Positions 20,500 through 30,773 are shown, numbered from the stretch's first letter. The stretch: DNA of 52,033 nt from an uncultured Arenibacter sp. (GCA_965652575.1 CBFGWQ010000001.1:1-52033); one strand, 5' to 3'. Program-made: numbers and translations. Notes: generated by a model from the sequence alone, not told the origin.

Positions 20500-20575
20500 G
20501 AACTCATTTAAACTTCTCTGATTGAAGCGAAAATCAGCAATTTTTTGCCCAATTGAGAAAAGTTTAAATGAGTTC
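20500..20575. mobile_element. MITE-like element with 16-bp perfect terminal inverted repeats
   Basis: GAACTCATTTAAACTT (20500-20515) and AAGTTTAAATGAGTTC (20560-20575); no coding capacity. Confidence 0.6.
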
Positions 20576-20657
20576 AATATAAAAAACAATAAATATATAA
20601 GGTTTATGGATAAACTTCAAATAAATTTGGGAGTAGTAGATAAAGGACCCCATATAG

Positions 20658-20693
20658 GAAAAGCCATTCTACACGCATGTAAAATGGCTTTTC
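20658..20693 (-). terminator. Probable terminator of the RND operon
   Basis: GAAAAGCCATT...AATGGCTTTTC stem just downstream of the OMF stop. Confidence 0.7.
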
Positions 20694-20722
20694 TTTAAGT
20701 AATTGATAGCTCTTGGCAGGCC

Positions 20723-22180
20723 TTATCTTTCCCAACCTCCTCCCAAGGCCCTGTACATCCCTACCTTGGCCAACATTTGGTCCTTTTTGGTCTCTACAAG
20801 TTCCTCACTGGATTCCAGGGCATCGCGCTGGGTCAATAATACCTCCATATAGTCTGCCCTGGCCGACTGGAAAAGTCGAATGGAAATGTCGATAGACTCC
20901 ATAAGTGCCTTCACCTGTCCCACTTTCAATGCATAGCTCCTGTTAAGGTTATCTATATTGGACAACTGATTTGCCACCTCGATATAGCCATTCAAAATGG
21001 CCTTTTCGTACTCGTACACGGCCTGTATTTGCCTAGCATTGGCATTACCATAGGCCGCCTTTATTGCATTTCTATTGATCAATGGGGCTACTATATCGCC
21101 CATGGCATTATATAACAGTGATTGTGGCGTAGAGGTCAAAAACTTGGGTTTAAAGGCTTCCAATCCAACACCGGCCTGTATCCCCAGGGAAGGGTAAAAA
21201 TTGGCCTTGGCCACTTTAACATCCAATTTGGCCGCAGCCAGTTCATATTCCGCCTGCCTTATATCCGGCCGGTTTTGCAGCAATTGGGACGGTATGCCCG
21301 GATGAACGGGGGCAACCTCCCTATCTATAAAACCATCGGAATTCCTCAAAATAGGCTGTGGCGACCTCCCGATCAAAAAATTGATTTTATTTTCGGTCTC
21401 TACGATCTGCTGTTGAATGTCGTATTTCTGACTTTGATTCTTTAACACCTCTGCCTCAAACCGCTGTACGGCCAACTCTGTTGCCCTGGCCGCTGTTTTC
21501 TGAAGTTTCACTATGGCAAGGGCATTCGTTTGAATGGCCAGGTTTTTTTCAATAATGGCCAACTGGCTATCCAAGGCTACAAGCTCGTAATAGGAAGCGG
21601 CCACTTCGGAAACCAGATTGGTCACCATAAAATTCTTTCCCTCAACAGAGGAAAGATATTCGAAAACCGCCGATTTTTTGGCGTTTCGAAGCTTTTTCCA
21701 TACATCCACCTCCCAAGAGGCATATGCGCCTACCATAAAATTGGGCAATGGTTCCGGAAATTCCTCCCCTTCCCGAATCTCCAGATGCTCTTCTACCGCA
21801 CCATTTCTGGTATATTCGCCCACTTTTTCAACTTCCGCTCCGGCCCTGATATTCACTGAGGGCAAATATTCCCCTTTTCTGGTCCTGATCTCATTTTTGG
21901 CCATCTCCACCTGTTGCAACATAATATTCAGTTCCTGGTTCTTTATCAGGGCCGTATCTATCAATGCGATAAGTTGGGGATCGGAAAAATATTCCCTCCA
22001 ATGGACATTGGCACTGTTCAGGCTGTCTTCCGATTGATTTTGATACCGGTCCGGAACCTCTGAATTTTCTTCCAACAACGATTTTGAAGGAACACAGGAA
22101 TATACAGCTACAACTGCAAGCATAGTAAGCCCGTACACCTTGCCTTTTTTTATGGATAATATGCTATTATTTTTCATCAT
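20723..22180 (-). CDS. TolC/NodT-family outer membrane efflux lipoprotein
   Basis: Lipobox VYSC; PSQLLQNRPDIRQAE, ANFYPS, YRALGGGW. Confidence 0.95.
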   Translation of the reverse strand: MMKNNSILSIKKGKVYGLTMLAVVAVYSCVPSKSLLEENSEVPDRYQNQSEDSLNSANVHWREYFSDPQLIALIDTALIKNQELNIMLQQVEMAKNEIRTRKGEYLPSVNIRAGAEVEKVGEYTRNGAVEEHLEIREGEEFPEPLPNFMVGAYASWEVDVWKKLRNAKKSAVFEYLSSVEGKNFMVTNLVSEVAASYYELVALDSQLAIIEKNLAIQTNALAIVKLQKTAARATELAVQRFEAEVLKNQSQKYDIQQQIVETENKINFLIGRSPQPILRNSDGFIDREVAPVHPGIPSQLLQNRPDIRQAEYELAAAKLDVKVAKANFYPSLGIQAGVGLEAFKPKFLTSTPQSLLYNAMGDIVAPLINRNAIKAAYGNANARQIQAVYEYEKAILNGYIEVANQLSNIDNLNRSYALKVGQVKALMESIDISIRLFQSARADYMEVLLTQRDALESSEELVETKKDQMLAKVGMYRALGGGWER

Positions 22181-25100
22181 CTTTTCCTTTGGTTAGTTTT
22201 TTCAAAAGTTTCGTAATCTCCCTAAGTTTGGCCCTGGTCCTGCTTTCCCCCTCACTGGTACGCATCAATTCTTCGGAAAAGGGCTCGCTGGCCTCATCTT
22301 TGATAAGGTTCCTTCCTTCTGCCATACTACCAAAAATGTAATATAGCCCCGGTATTACCAATACCCCGAATAAAGTACCGATAAACATTCCGCCCAAAGC
22401 CGACCCTCCAATGGTCCTGTTTCCAATGGCTCCGGCCCCGGTAGCCACTACTAGGGGAATCAAACCGGCAATGAACGCAAAGGAAGTCATCAAAATAGGT
22501 CTGAAACGGGCGCGGGAACCTTCAATTGCCGCTTCAAGAATAGTAGCTCCCTGCCTATGCTTTTGAACGGCGAACTCTACAATAAGTACGGCGTTCTTGC
22601 CCAACAGACCTACCAACATAATCACCCCTATCTGGGCATATACATCATTGGCCAGACCCATCATTTTCAGCAATGCAAAAGAGCCGAAAACACCAACGGG
22701 CAACGAAAGGATAACCGCAAAAGGCAATAGAAAGCTCTCATATTGGGCCGCCAGTACGAAATACACAAATATCAATACAATGATAAATATATATAGTGAT
22801 TCATTCCCTCTTTTGGCCTCATCGTACGAAAGCCCCTCCCAAGCAATGTCATAACCCCTGGGCAAGGTTTGGGCCGCCACCTCTTTAATGGCATTTATTG
22901 CGTCTCCGGTAGTGAATCCAGATGCCGGAAGCCCATTGATCGTGGCAGAATTGTACAAATTGTAGCGTGTGATCTCATTGGGGCCCAAGCGCTTTTCCAT
23001 AGTCATAAAAGCGGAATAGGGTACCATTTCCCCTTCCTCATTTTTTACGAACAATTTCTCCAAGTCCGATGGAAGTGCCCTATACTCGGGGGCCGACTGG
23101 GTATAGACCTTAAAGAACCTTCCGAACAGTATAAAGCCTTGCTCGTAGGTACTCCCGATCAAAATATTCAGATTTTCCATGGCCTTACCGATGGAAACCC
23201 CTTTTTGCATGGCAATCTTATTATTGATCTTAAGTTCGTACTGGGGATAGTTGGCCGAGAAAAAAGAGAACAATCCTGTTAATTCCTCCCTTTTGGCCAA
23301 GGCATCCATAAAGTCATCGTTGATCTTTCCAAAACCATGATAATCCGTAGAGTTGGTCTTATCCAACAAACGCATGGAAAATCCGCCCGAAGAACCAAAA
23401 CCAGGTACCGCTGGCGGCTCAAAGTATTCTATCCTTGCCCCTAAGTTTTGTGTCTCCTCTTCCAATTCCTCCATGATCTCATGTACGGAGTGATGACGCT
23501 CGGACCAAGGTTTTAAATTGATCAGGCAGGTACCTGCATTGGAACCACGCCCTTCGGTCATAATCTCATACCCTGCCAGGGAGGAAACGGATTCCACACC
23601 ATCCATCTCTTCACAGATCTGCTGTAATTTTCTGGCCACGTCATTGGTCCTTTCCAGGGTTGCCCCCGGCGGCGTTTGTATAATGGCATATATCATCCCC
23701 TGGTCCTCATTGGGAATAAATCCTGCCGGCAGCGATTCGTTGGTAAAGAATATTCCGGCACAAAAGGCCAATAATATGCCAAAGGTGACGATTCTTCTGG
23801 TGACGATCTTATCCAATAGATTTACATAGGTTCCCGTAAGTCGTTCAAAACCTTTATTGAACCAGGCAATAAATTTATCCACGGGCGATTTCCTTTTGGG
23901 CTTCCCATGATTATTTTTTAACATTATAGCACAAAGGACAGGGGTAAGGGTAAGGGCAACAACGGCCGATATGACGATAGATCCGGCCATGGTAATCGAA
24001 AATTGCCGGTAAAATACCCCCACAGGACCGGTCATAAAGGAAATGGGAATAAATACGGACACCATCACCAAGGTAATGGCAATGATTGCCCCCCCAATCT
24101 CGCTCAACACCTCTGTAGAAGCCTTATAGGGCGTTAAATGTTGCTCCTCCATTTTAACGTGAACTGCCTCGACCACCACGATGGCGTTATCCACAACAAT
24201 ACCAATGGCGAGCACCAGAGCAAATAAGGTAATAAGGTTAATGGACAGCCCGAAAAGCTGCATTACAAAAAAAGCCCCGATCAAAGAAACCGGCACCGCA
24301 ATGATCGGGATCAACGTAGATCGCCAATCGCCCAAGAAAAGAAAAACAACTATGGCCACCAAAATAAAGGCGTCCCGAAGCGTATGGAGCACCTGTTCTA
24401 TAGAGGCATCCAAAAAGTTGGCAACGTCATAGCTTATCTTATAATCCAATCCGGGAGGAAGGTCCTTTTTAAGCTCCTCCAATTTGGACTTGACCTCATC
24501 AATAACATCCTTCCCATTACTGCCCAAGGTCTGTTTCAAAATAATCGAGGCAGATGGACGACCATCCAAATTTGAATAAATATCGAAGAATTCGCTGCCA
24601 AGTTCCACATCGGCCAAATCGCCCAAAGTAATGGTCTCCCCATCGGCATTGGCACGAACAATAATATCCTTGTACTGTTCCGGTTGATTATAGCGCCCTT
24701 CATAGGTCAATACATATTCCAAAGACTGGGATTTTATTCCGGAACTTTGCCCGATCCTTCCCGGCCTGGCAATGATACTCTGGTCTTGCATGGCCTCCAT
24801 GATCTCTTCTGCAGATACATTGTAGGCCCGCATACGATCTGGTTTTAACCATACCCTCATGGCATACTTTCGACTACCCAATATCTGGGCACTGGCAATA
24901 CCGTTGATACGCTGTATTTCGGGTATTATTTTGGTATAGGCATAATTGTAAAGAAACTTTTCATCGTTATGCCCGTCCTCGGTAAACAGGTTTACGTACA
25001 TCAACATACTGGGTTGGACCGGAGTTATGACCACCCCTTCCTTCTGCACCAGTTCGGGCAAGTTAGGCATTACCTGATCTACCCGGGTCTTCACCATTAC

Positions 25101-25412
25101 CACTGCCGTATTGGGATCCGTTCCCGGTTCAAAAATAACGCGCAGGGTACCTTCACCGGCACTGGTGGCATCGGAGGCCAGATAGCGCATTCCCTGTACA
25201 CCGTTAATAGCCGTTTCCAACGGAATTAGGGTGGAATTCACCAATACGTCCGCACTGGCGCCCGGGTAAGCTATAAAAATGTTTACGGTAGTAGGTGCAA
25301 TTTCGGGAAATTGGGAAATGGGCAATTGTTTTATGGCCAAAAGGCCGGTAAAAACGATCATGACGGATATGACTATGGCCAATACCGGTCTTTTTATAAA
25401 TTTTTTGAACAT
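22167..25412 (-). CDS. RND efflux permease (HAE1/AcrB-like)
   Basis: FIKRPVLAIVIS, GIVVDNAIVVVE, KNAVLIVEFA, RFRPILMTS. Confidence 0.96.
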   Translation of the reverse strand: MFKKFIKRPVLAIVISVMIVFTGLLAIKQLPISQFPEIAPTTVNIFIAYPGASADVLVNSTLIPLETAINGVQGMRYLASDATSAGEGTLRVIFEPGTDPNTAVVMVKTRVDQVMPNLPELVQKEGVVITPVQPSMLMYVNLFTEDGHNDEKFLYNYAYTKIIPEIQRINGIASAQILGSRKYAMRVWLKPDRMRAYNVSAEEIMEAMQDQSIIARPGRIGQSSGIKSQSLEYVLTYEGRYNQPEQYKDIIVRANADGETITLGDLADVELGSEFFDIYSNLDGRPSASIILKQTLGSNGKDVIDEVKSKLEELKKDLPPGLDYKISYDVANFLDASIEQVLHTLRDAFILVAIVVFLFLGDWRSTLIPIIAVPVSLIGAFFVMQLFGLSINLITLFALVLAIGIVVDNAIVVVEAVHVKMEEQHLTPYKASTEVLSEIGGAIIAITLVMVSVFIPISFMTGPVGVFYRQFSITMAGSIVISAVVALTLTPVLCAIMLKNNHGKPKRKSPVDKFIAWFNKGFERLTGTYVNLLDKIVTRRIVTFGILLAFCAGIFFTNESLPAGFIPNEDQGMIYAIIQTPPGATLERTNDVARKLQQICEEMDGVESVSSLAGYEIMTEGRGSNAGTCLINLKPWSERHHSVHEIMEELEEETQNLGARIEYFEPPAVPGFGSSGGFSMRLLDKTNSTDYHGFGKINDDFMDALAKREELTGLFSFFSANYPQYELKINNKIAMQKGVSIGKAMENLNILIGSTYEQGFILFGRFFKVYTQSAPEYRALPSDLEKLFVKNEEGEMVPYSAFMTMEKRLGPNEITRYNLYNSATINGLPASGFTTGDAINAIKEVAAQTLPRGYDIAWEGLSYDEAKRGNESLYIFIIVLIFVYFVLAAQYESFLLPFAVILSLPVGVFGSFALLKMMGLANDVYAQIGVIMLVGLLGKNAVLIVEFAVQKHRQGATILEAAIEGSRARFRPILMTSFAFIAGLIPLVVATGAGAIGNRTIGGSALGGMFIGTLFGVLVIPGLYYIFGSMAEGRNLIKDEASEPFSEELMRTSEGESRTRAKLREITKLLKKLTKGKDDEK

Positions 25413-25541
25413 CTTTTATGAAATTAGGTTAGGTACAAAAATTAATCCCCCAAGAAATTTTAGCGGTTTTCCAATCCTATAGATTGGAAAGATGCCCCAT
25501 ACATTGGGCAATTAATTTTTATGGTTCCTATTAAGTTTTAC

Positions 25542-26624
25542 TTACTCGGCGTAAAGGGACAAGTTGTTAATAACCGATTTAGGTTCAATAAACTCGGTTG
25601 CCACATGATCCCCGTCCTTTACCATACGAATGCCGTCCAGTATTATTTTATCCTTTTCGGAAAGTCCTTTTTCTACAATAAAAAGATTGGGCAGTTCCCC
25701 TGCAATAGTGATTTCCTTTTGTTTAACTACAGACTTATCATCAACTACGAAAACATATTTCTTGTCCAAAACCTCAAAGGTGGCTTTTTGGGGAATGATC
25801 AAGGCATTATTGTAAGGCACCTGCATAATTATGCTGCCTGTTTCACCATGTCGTAAAATACGCTCGGGGTTGTCAAAAGTAGCCCTAAACGCAATATTAC
25901 CGGTCTCATGGCTAAACTCTCCTTCAATGGTTTCAACAATACCGGTCTGATCAAAGCGCTTATTGTTGGCCATTAAAAGCCCGACCTCCTTTTTACTATC
26001 CTTATCCACGCTGGTAATATAGTCCAGATATTCAGCTTCGGGAACATTGAAATACACCCACATCTTACTGTTGTCGGACAGGGTAGTCAATAATTCCCCT
26101 TCATCCAAAAGACTACCTTCCCTAACATGAAGGTGGTCCATAATACCATCAAATGGGGCCTTGATATTGGTAAAGCCCAAATGGGTCTCGGCGAGCATTA
26201 CTTCTGCCTTTGCCTTTTCAAAATTTGCCTTTGCCATGGCCAGTTCATTTGCAGAGACTACATTGCCTTCTGCCAATAATTTAGTGTTTTCATATTCTAT
26301 TTCAGCTACCCTGGCCTCTGCCGTGGCTTTTTGAAATTCCGCTTCATAGACATTTGGCATAATGTGGAACATTTGTTGGCCCTTTTTTACGGATTGCCCT
26401 TCATCCACAGAGATTTCCTTTAAATAGCCCTTTTCCAATGCACGTACCTCAATATTTCTAATACTATGTATTTGGCAGACATAGTCTTTTACAGCCGCAG
26501 TATCCTTTTTTATCGGACTGGTCACGAGATATTTGGTTTCCTCTGGTTTTTCATGTTTTTTGGAGTTACAGCTTAATTGGCTTAGAAGTATACACACGCC
26601 AATAATCATGGGGGATTTCCTCAT
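25542..26624 (-). CDS. RND periplasmic adaptor (MFP) lipoprotein; start reassigned to ATG at 26624
   Basis: MRKSPMIIGVCILLSQLSC lipoprotein signal; lipoyl-like V.EGQ.VKKGQ and IKAPFDG motifs. Confidence 0.92.
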   Translation of the reverse strand: MRKSPMIIGVCILLSQLSCNSKKHEKPEETKYLVTSPIKKDTAAVKDYVCQIHSIRNIEVRALEKGYLKEISVDEGQSVKKGQQMFHIMPNVYEAEFQKATAEARVAEIEYENTKLLAEGNVVSANELAMAKANFEKAKAEVMLAETHLGFTNIKAPFDGIMDHLHVREGSLLDEGELLTTLSDNSKMWVYFNVPEAEYLDYITSVDKDSKKEVGLLMANNKRFDQTGIVETIEGEFSHETGNIAFRATFDNPERILRHGETGSIIMQVPYNNALIIPQKATFEVLDKKYVFVVDDKSVVKQKEITIAGELPNLFIVEKGLSEKDKIILDGIRMVKDGDHVATEFIEPKSVINNLSLYAE

Positions 26625-26730
26625 AATCTTAATATATTTAAATGAATAATTGGTTTTTGGTAAATAAAATGAAAGGCAAGTCCGCTTAAAATAGTTTTGG
26701 ACATGCTCCATCCTGATTAAAACAGTATCG

Positions 26731-26773
26731 AAAAAAAATAGGGGAACAGGCCTTGAAATGATTAGGCCCATCC
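26731..26773 (-). terminator. Terminator-like hairpin immediately after the leader ORF (candidate attenuator)
   Basis: Minus strand GGATGGGCCT-AATCATTTCA-AGGCCTGTTC-CCCTA-T8, starting 7 nt after the TAG. Confidence 0.6.
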
Positions 26774-26780
26774 AAGTATT

Positions 26781-27218
26781 CTAGATTCTGAACACCTGGA
26801 ACCGAATATACCTTTTATAAGGAGTGGTAAAGGGACGGTAGTTAATGTAAATGTCACCTTTTTCAAGATCGGAAGATAAAGGTCCCAACATTTGGGCATA
26901 AAAAATGGCAGTTGCAGCACCACCATAATTCAAATTTGTTTCCGAAGAAAGTACAATTTCTTCACTCTCCTCTTCCTCTTCCTCTGTATCCGTAACTTCC
27001 GCCAAATATGGCTTGTGAAATTCAAAATCAAAAGTATTTTCAAATATAATAGGGGCCAATTCCTGTTCCGCCCCACAGGGCGAACTTTCAGAAGCGGCAA
27101 CATTTAAAACTGAAAAATAACGGTCAACCTCAAAATTGGAATGGGCATAAATAGTGCTGCATCCATTTATTAAAAGGATGCAAAGAAGTAGTATATATTT
27201 TTTTAATGCCCGATACAT
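26781..27218 (-). CDS. Hypothetical secreted acidic protein preceding the RND operon (candidate leader/arrest peptide)
   Basis: Signal-peptide-like N-terminus, poly-Glu tract, C-terminus RYIRFQVFRI; consensus promoter directly upstream. Confidence 0.65.
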   Translation of the reverse strand: MYRALKKYILLLCILLINGCSTIYAHSNFEVDRYFSVLNVAASESSPCGAEQELAPIIFENTFDFEFHKPYLAEVTDTEEEEEESEEIVLSSETNLNYGGAATAIFYAQMLGPLSSDLEKGDIYINYRPFTTPYKRYIRFQVFRI

Positions 27219-27226
27219 TCGGGAAT

Positions 27227-27258
27227 CAAAGCTAGACCTTGGATTTTATACCTACAAA
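27227..27258 (-). promoter_or_regulatory. Bacteroidota housekeeping promoter for the leader ORF and RND operon
   Basis: Minus strand TTTG (27258-27255)-N20-TAGCTTTG (27234-27227), matching TTTG-N19..21-TAnnTTTG. Confidence 0.75.
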
Positions 27259-27561
27259 TAGTAGTTGTTAAAATTAGTTAAAATAAAATGGCGATACATT
27301 ATTTTTATGAAAACCGAAGGTCTTTTGTATTGAAAATCAATTAATAACAATTCCACATTACCTCTTTTGATAATTAATCATAATTCCACTACCCGGGTCG
27401 CAAGGAAATCCAAAGTTAAGGGCCTTATAAACAAACATAGAAGTGTTAAACATGACCCCATATTTTTTTAAAAACATCTACGATGTATAATTTCTTATAT
27501 TAGGGGCCATCGGTAAGAAACGGATCAATACCTTTTACCGTAAAAGCAAACATAAACCCCT

Positions 27562-29439
27562 ATGTCCATATCTAAATACAGCCTATTGTTTAAAATATTG
27601 GCCATCTTTCATACTGCGACCACTACCATGTTCCCCCAAGCAAAACATATGGAAGATCGCCCGCCCAATATTGTTTGGATCACTTCGGAAGATAATTCCA
27701 AGCATTACCTAAAACTTTTTGATAGCAATGGCATTCCCACTCCCAATATTCAATCCCTGGCCGAAAAGGGGTTGGTCTTTGACCGGGCATTCTCCAATGC
27801 CCCTGTGTGCAGCGTGGCCCGATCTGCCATAATTACAGGTTGTTACGGACCGCGTATCGGGGCCCAATTCCATAGAAAAATGGTGGCGGTCCCTATGCCC
27901 GATTCGCTCAAAATGTTTCCTGCCTATTTAAAACAGGCTGGGTATTACACCACCAACAATAGTAAGGAAGATTATAATCTTATTAAAGGAGATGGAGTTT
28001 GGGACGATTCTTCAAAGAAGGCCAGTTGGAAAAACAGGAATAAAAATCAGCCTTTTTTCCATGTCTTCAATATTGGGGTCTCACATGAGTCGAGCCTGCA
28101 CTTTACTATTGGGGACATGGAAGCGACATTGCCCGAAACCAAGGTAAACTCCTTTAAGATTCAGCCCAACCACCCCGATACCGACTTATTTAGATACACC
28201 AACGCCCTATACCGGGATAAAATTAGGGAGATGGATCGGCAGGTCGGGACCATTATCAATGAACTAAGGATAGATGGAAGACTGGACGACACCTTTATTT
28301 TTTACTTTGGCGATCACGGTGGGGTATTGCCCGGAAGCAAGGGATATCTATACGAAACCGGGCTACATGTACCAATGGTAGTCCACGTTCCCGAAAAATA
28401 TAAACATCTTGTAAACAGTCCTGTTGGCAGCACTGTAAACGATTTTGTCAGCTTTATAGATTTGGCACCCACAGTATTGAATCTTGCAGGAATTACGATA
28501 CCAAAAGGAATGGACGGAAAGGCATTTTTAGGCCCGGATATCAATAATGAAACTGTGACCGCCCATAATGAGACCTATAGTTATGCGGATAGGTTCGATG
28601 AAAAATATGATTTGGTGAGGGCGGTACGAAAAGGGAAATATAAATATATTAGAAACTATCAGCCTTTTAATTTTGATGGGTTAATGAACAACTATCGTTA
28701 CAAGCAATTGGCATACCAAGAATGGAAGACTTTGTACAATAAGCGAGACCTGAACAAAATACAATCGGCCTTCTTTGAAACCCGTCCCCCCGAAATGCTC
28801 TTTGATATTGATGCAGACCCTTATGAAACAAAAAATCTGGCCAATGACCCCGAGTACAGGACAACGTTAATAGACCTTCGCAACAGGCTCAACACCTGGG
28901 TAAAAGGAATGCCTGACCTTTCCTTCTACCCCGAACATTTCCTTATAGAGGATGCTTTTACAAATCCTGTGGCCTTTGGTACCAAACATAAAAAAGAAAT
29001 TGGGAAATATATTGAAATTGCCGATCTGGGATTATTAAATTTTAAGAAGGCCAAAAATTCTTTAAGCTCGGCCCTGAACTCTTTAGATCCTTGGGAAAGA
29101 TATTGGGCCATCATTGTCTGTAGTACATTTGGAAAGCAGGCCATGGCCTTGGCACCCATAATTGGATCCATGGCCACCAAAGACCCAGAGCTAACAAACA
29201 GGGTACGTGCGGCAGAATTCTTGGCAATTTCAAAACAATCCGATCCTTCAGCAGTAATGACCAAGGCCTTGTACGGGTCGGACAAACCCAGTGAGGCCCT
29301 GCTCATTTTAAACTCGATAGCGTTGATGACATCGGGCAAATACAACTATATATTTAATATTGAAATGGATAAAATATCCAAAACAGTTGCCGAAGATCCG
29401 GAAGTGATGCGTAGATTGGAATTCTTAAAATCTTTGTAG
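27562..29439 (+). CDS. Family S1 sulfatase with a C-terminal HEAT-like extension
   Basis: NIVWITSED, APVCSVARS, KEDYN, GDHG...PGSK..LYE.GLHVP; helical C-terminal repeats. Confidence 0.88.
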   Translation: MSISKYSLLFKILAIFHTATTTMFPQAKHMEDRPPNIVWITSEDNSKHYLKLFDSNGIPTPNIQSLAEKGLVFDRAFSNAPVCSVARSAIITGCYGPRIGAQFHRKMVAVPMPDSLKMFPAYLKQAGYYTTNNSKEDYNLIKGDGVWDDSSKKASWKNRNKNQPFFHVFNIGVSHESSLHFTIGDMEATLPETKVNSFKIQPNHPDTDLFRYTNALYRDKIREMDRQVGTIINELRIDGRLDDTFIFYFGDHGGVLPGSKGYLYETGLHVPMVVHVPEKYKHLVNSPVGSTVNDFVSFIDLAPTVLNLAGITIPKGMDGKAFLGPDINNETVTAHNETYSYADRFDEKYDLVRAVRKGKYKYIRNYQPFNFDGLMNNYRYKQLAYQEWKTLYNKRDLNKIQSAFFETRPPEMLFDIDADPYETKNLANDPEYRTTLIDLRNRLNTWVKGMPDLSFYPEHFLIEDAFTNPVAFGTKHKKEIGKYIEIADLGLLNFKKAKNSLSSALNSLDPWERYWAIIVCSTFGKQAMALAPIIGSMATKDPELTNRVRAAEFLAISKQSDPSAVMTKALYGSDKPSEALLILNSIALMTSGKYNYIFNIEMDKISKTVAEDPEVMRRLEFLKSL

Positions 29440-29462
29440 CCCATTTGGGAGTGGATGCCGTA

Positions 29463-30311
29463 TTATTCTTTTTTCGCCACCCACTTTATGCCTTCTATTA
29501 GGTGCTGCCTTCCAAAATCCGTATCCAAGGAACGGATGTCATGGCCCAATTCCGTATAAAAGAATCTTCCTCCGCCCCAATCCCTGGTCCAGGCTATAGG
29601 ATGATCTTTCCCCATTGGTACGCCTCCCCTGGTCTTGAAGTATTCCCTGACCGGTTCGTATGTAGATTCGTCCACCCTCAGTAAAACCTGTATCCCAGGT
29701 AAACCGGTAACCGTATTGGTATGGTTGGTCCAATCCGCTTCATACCAGAACTCCCTGCCCATCCCCTTAACGGTAGGATGGTCCATTGCCCCGGGATCCA
29801 CTACCACTTTCGCTTTAAGAAATTCAGAATCGCTATTAAAATCGCAACCTCCCAATTCCATTATCCAGGGCCAGTTTTCCTGATGAACCAGCAGGGCATG
29901 GAGACCAACAATTGCTCCCCCGGCCCTGTACCATTCTTCAATGCCATTACGCTGTTCCCGATTCAGTACTTTATCCAAAACATTTGCATTGTTGAACAGC
30001 AAAACATCATAATTACTTAGCTTTTCCTTAGATAGATCTGTCCCGGTCTCACTTACGTCTATCTGCATATTATGCTCGGCACCAAGCCGAACGATCCATC
30101 CATTCACTATAGGGATATCGGGATGGCGGAACCAACCGGTACCGGAAAAAAGCATCACCTTCAATGCCGTCCCATTTCCCATCGCATTGTGCTCATATCT
30201 TTTCTTTTGATGGTCAACATCGAGATGCTCTTGTGCAATTAACCGAAAACTTGATAAAAATAGCGCCCATAAAAAGAGGATTGCAACAATTTGGTTTCCT
30301 TTATTTTTCAT
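29463..30311 (-). CDS. ThuA-like (class I glutamine amidotransferase fold) exported protein
   Basis: FSGTGWFRH, GGAIVGLH, HPIAW...GGGRFFYTELGH; start at 30311 or 30329. Confidence 0.85.
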   Translation of the reverse strand: MKNKGNQIVAILFLWALFLSSFRLIAQEHLDVDHQKKRYEHNAMGNGTALKVMLFSGTGWFRHPDIPIVNGWIVRLGAEHNMQIDVSETGTDLSKEKLSNYDVLLFNNANVLDKVLNREQRNGIEEWYRAGGAIVGLHALLVHQENWPWIMELGGCDFNSDSEFLKAKVVVDPGAMDHPTVKGMGREFWYEADWTNHTNTVTGLPGIQVLLRVDESTYEPVREYFKTRGGVPMGKDHPIAWTRDWGGGRFFYTELGHDIRSLDTDFGRQHLIEGIKWVAKKE

Positions 30312-30466
30312 CTTAAAAATTTTTATCAATCATTAATACTAAAGAAGTTGACACACGATTATTTGATATTGGATTTCAATAAAAATAAGGTTTTATAAGT
30401 ATTTATAGGATAAAAATCTTCCTGACAATAACCCAAGCTGAGCATTCTACTTTTTCAACTCAGAAA

Positions 30467-30748
30467 CTATTCGTACCGGCACAAATAGGAGGTTTGGCCT
30501 ACCGACTTCACCTTGAAGGAACTCTGAGCGGCTACTTTAAAAGAAGTACCGGCCTTAAAAGATTGCCATTCGGATTCCCCCGGCAACAAAGCAATTAATT
30601 CCCCTTCCACCACTATCATGGTTTCCTTGGAAGAGGTACCAAATTCATACTCCCCTGGTTCCATTACGCCTATGGTCGATTTTCCACTGGCCGAGGTATA
30701 CCCCAAGGATTTTACAGTTCCATCAAAATATTCATTGCTCAAGATCAT
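30467..30748 (-). CDS. ppnP: Pyrimidine/purine nucleoside phosphorylase (DUF1255)
   Basis: NEYFDG.VKS, GVM.PGEYEFGT...E.M.V..G, YLC.Y; 93-aa cupin. Confidence 0.92.
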   Translation of the reverse strand: MILSNEYFDGTVKSLGYTSASGKSTIGVMEPGEYEFGTSSKETMIVVEGELIALLPGESEWQSFKAGTSFKVAAQSSFKVKSVGQTSYLCRYE

Positions 30749-30773
30749 AAATTTATTTTTATTGCATAGCCCA

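Noticed and set aside
26625-26771. 49-aa N-terminal extension of the MFP in the ORF track
   Set aside because: The lipoprotein signal starts at ATG 26624, and the extension runs through the terminator-like hairpin.
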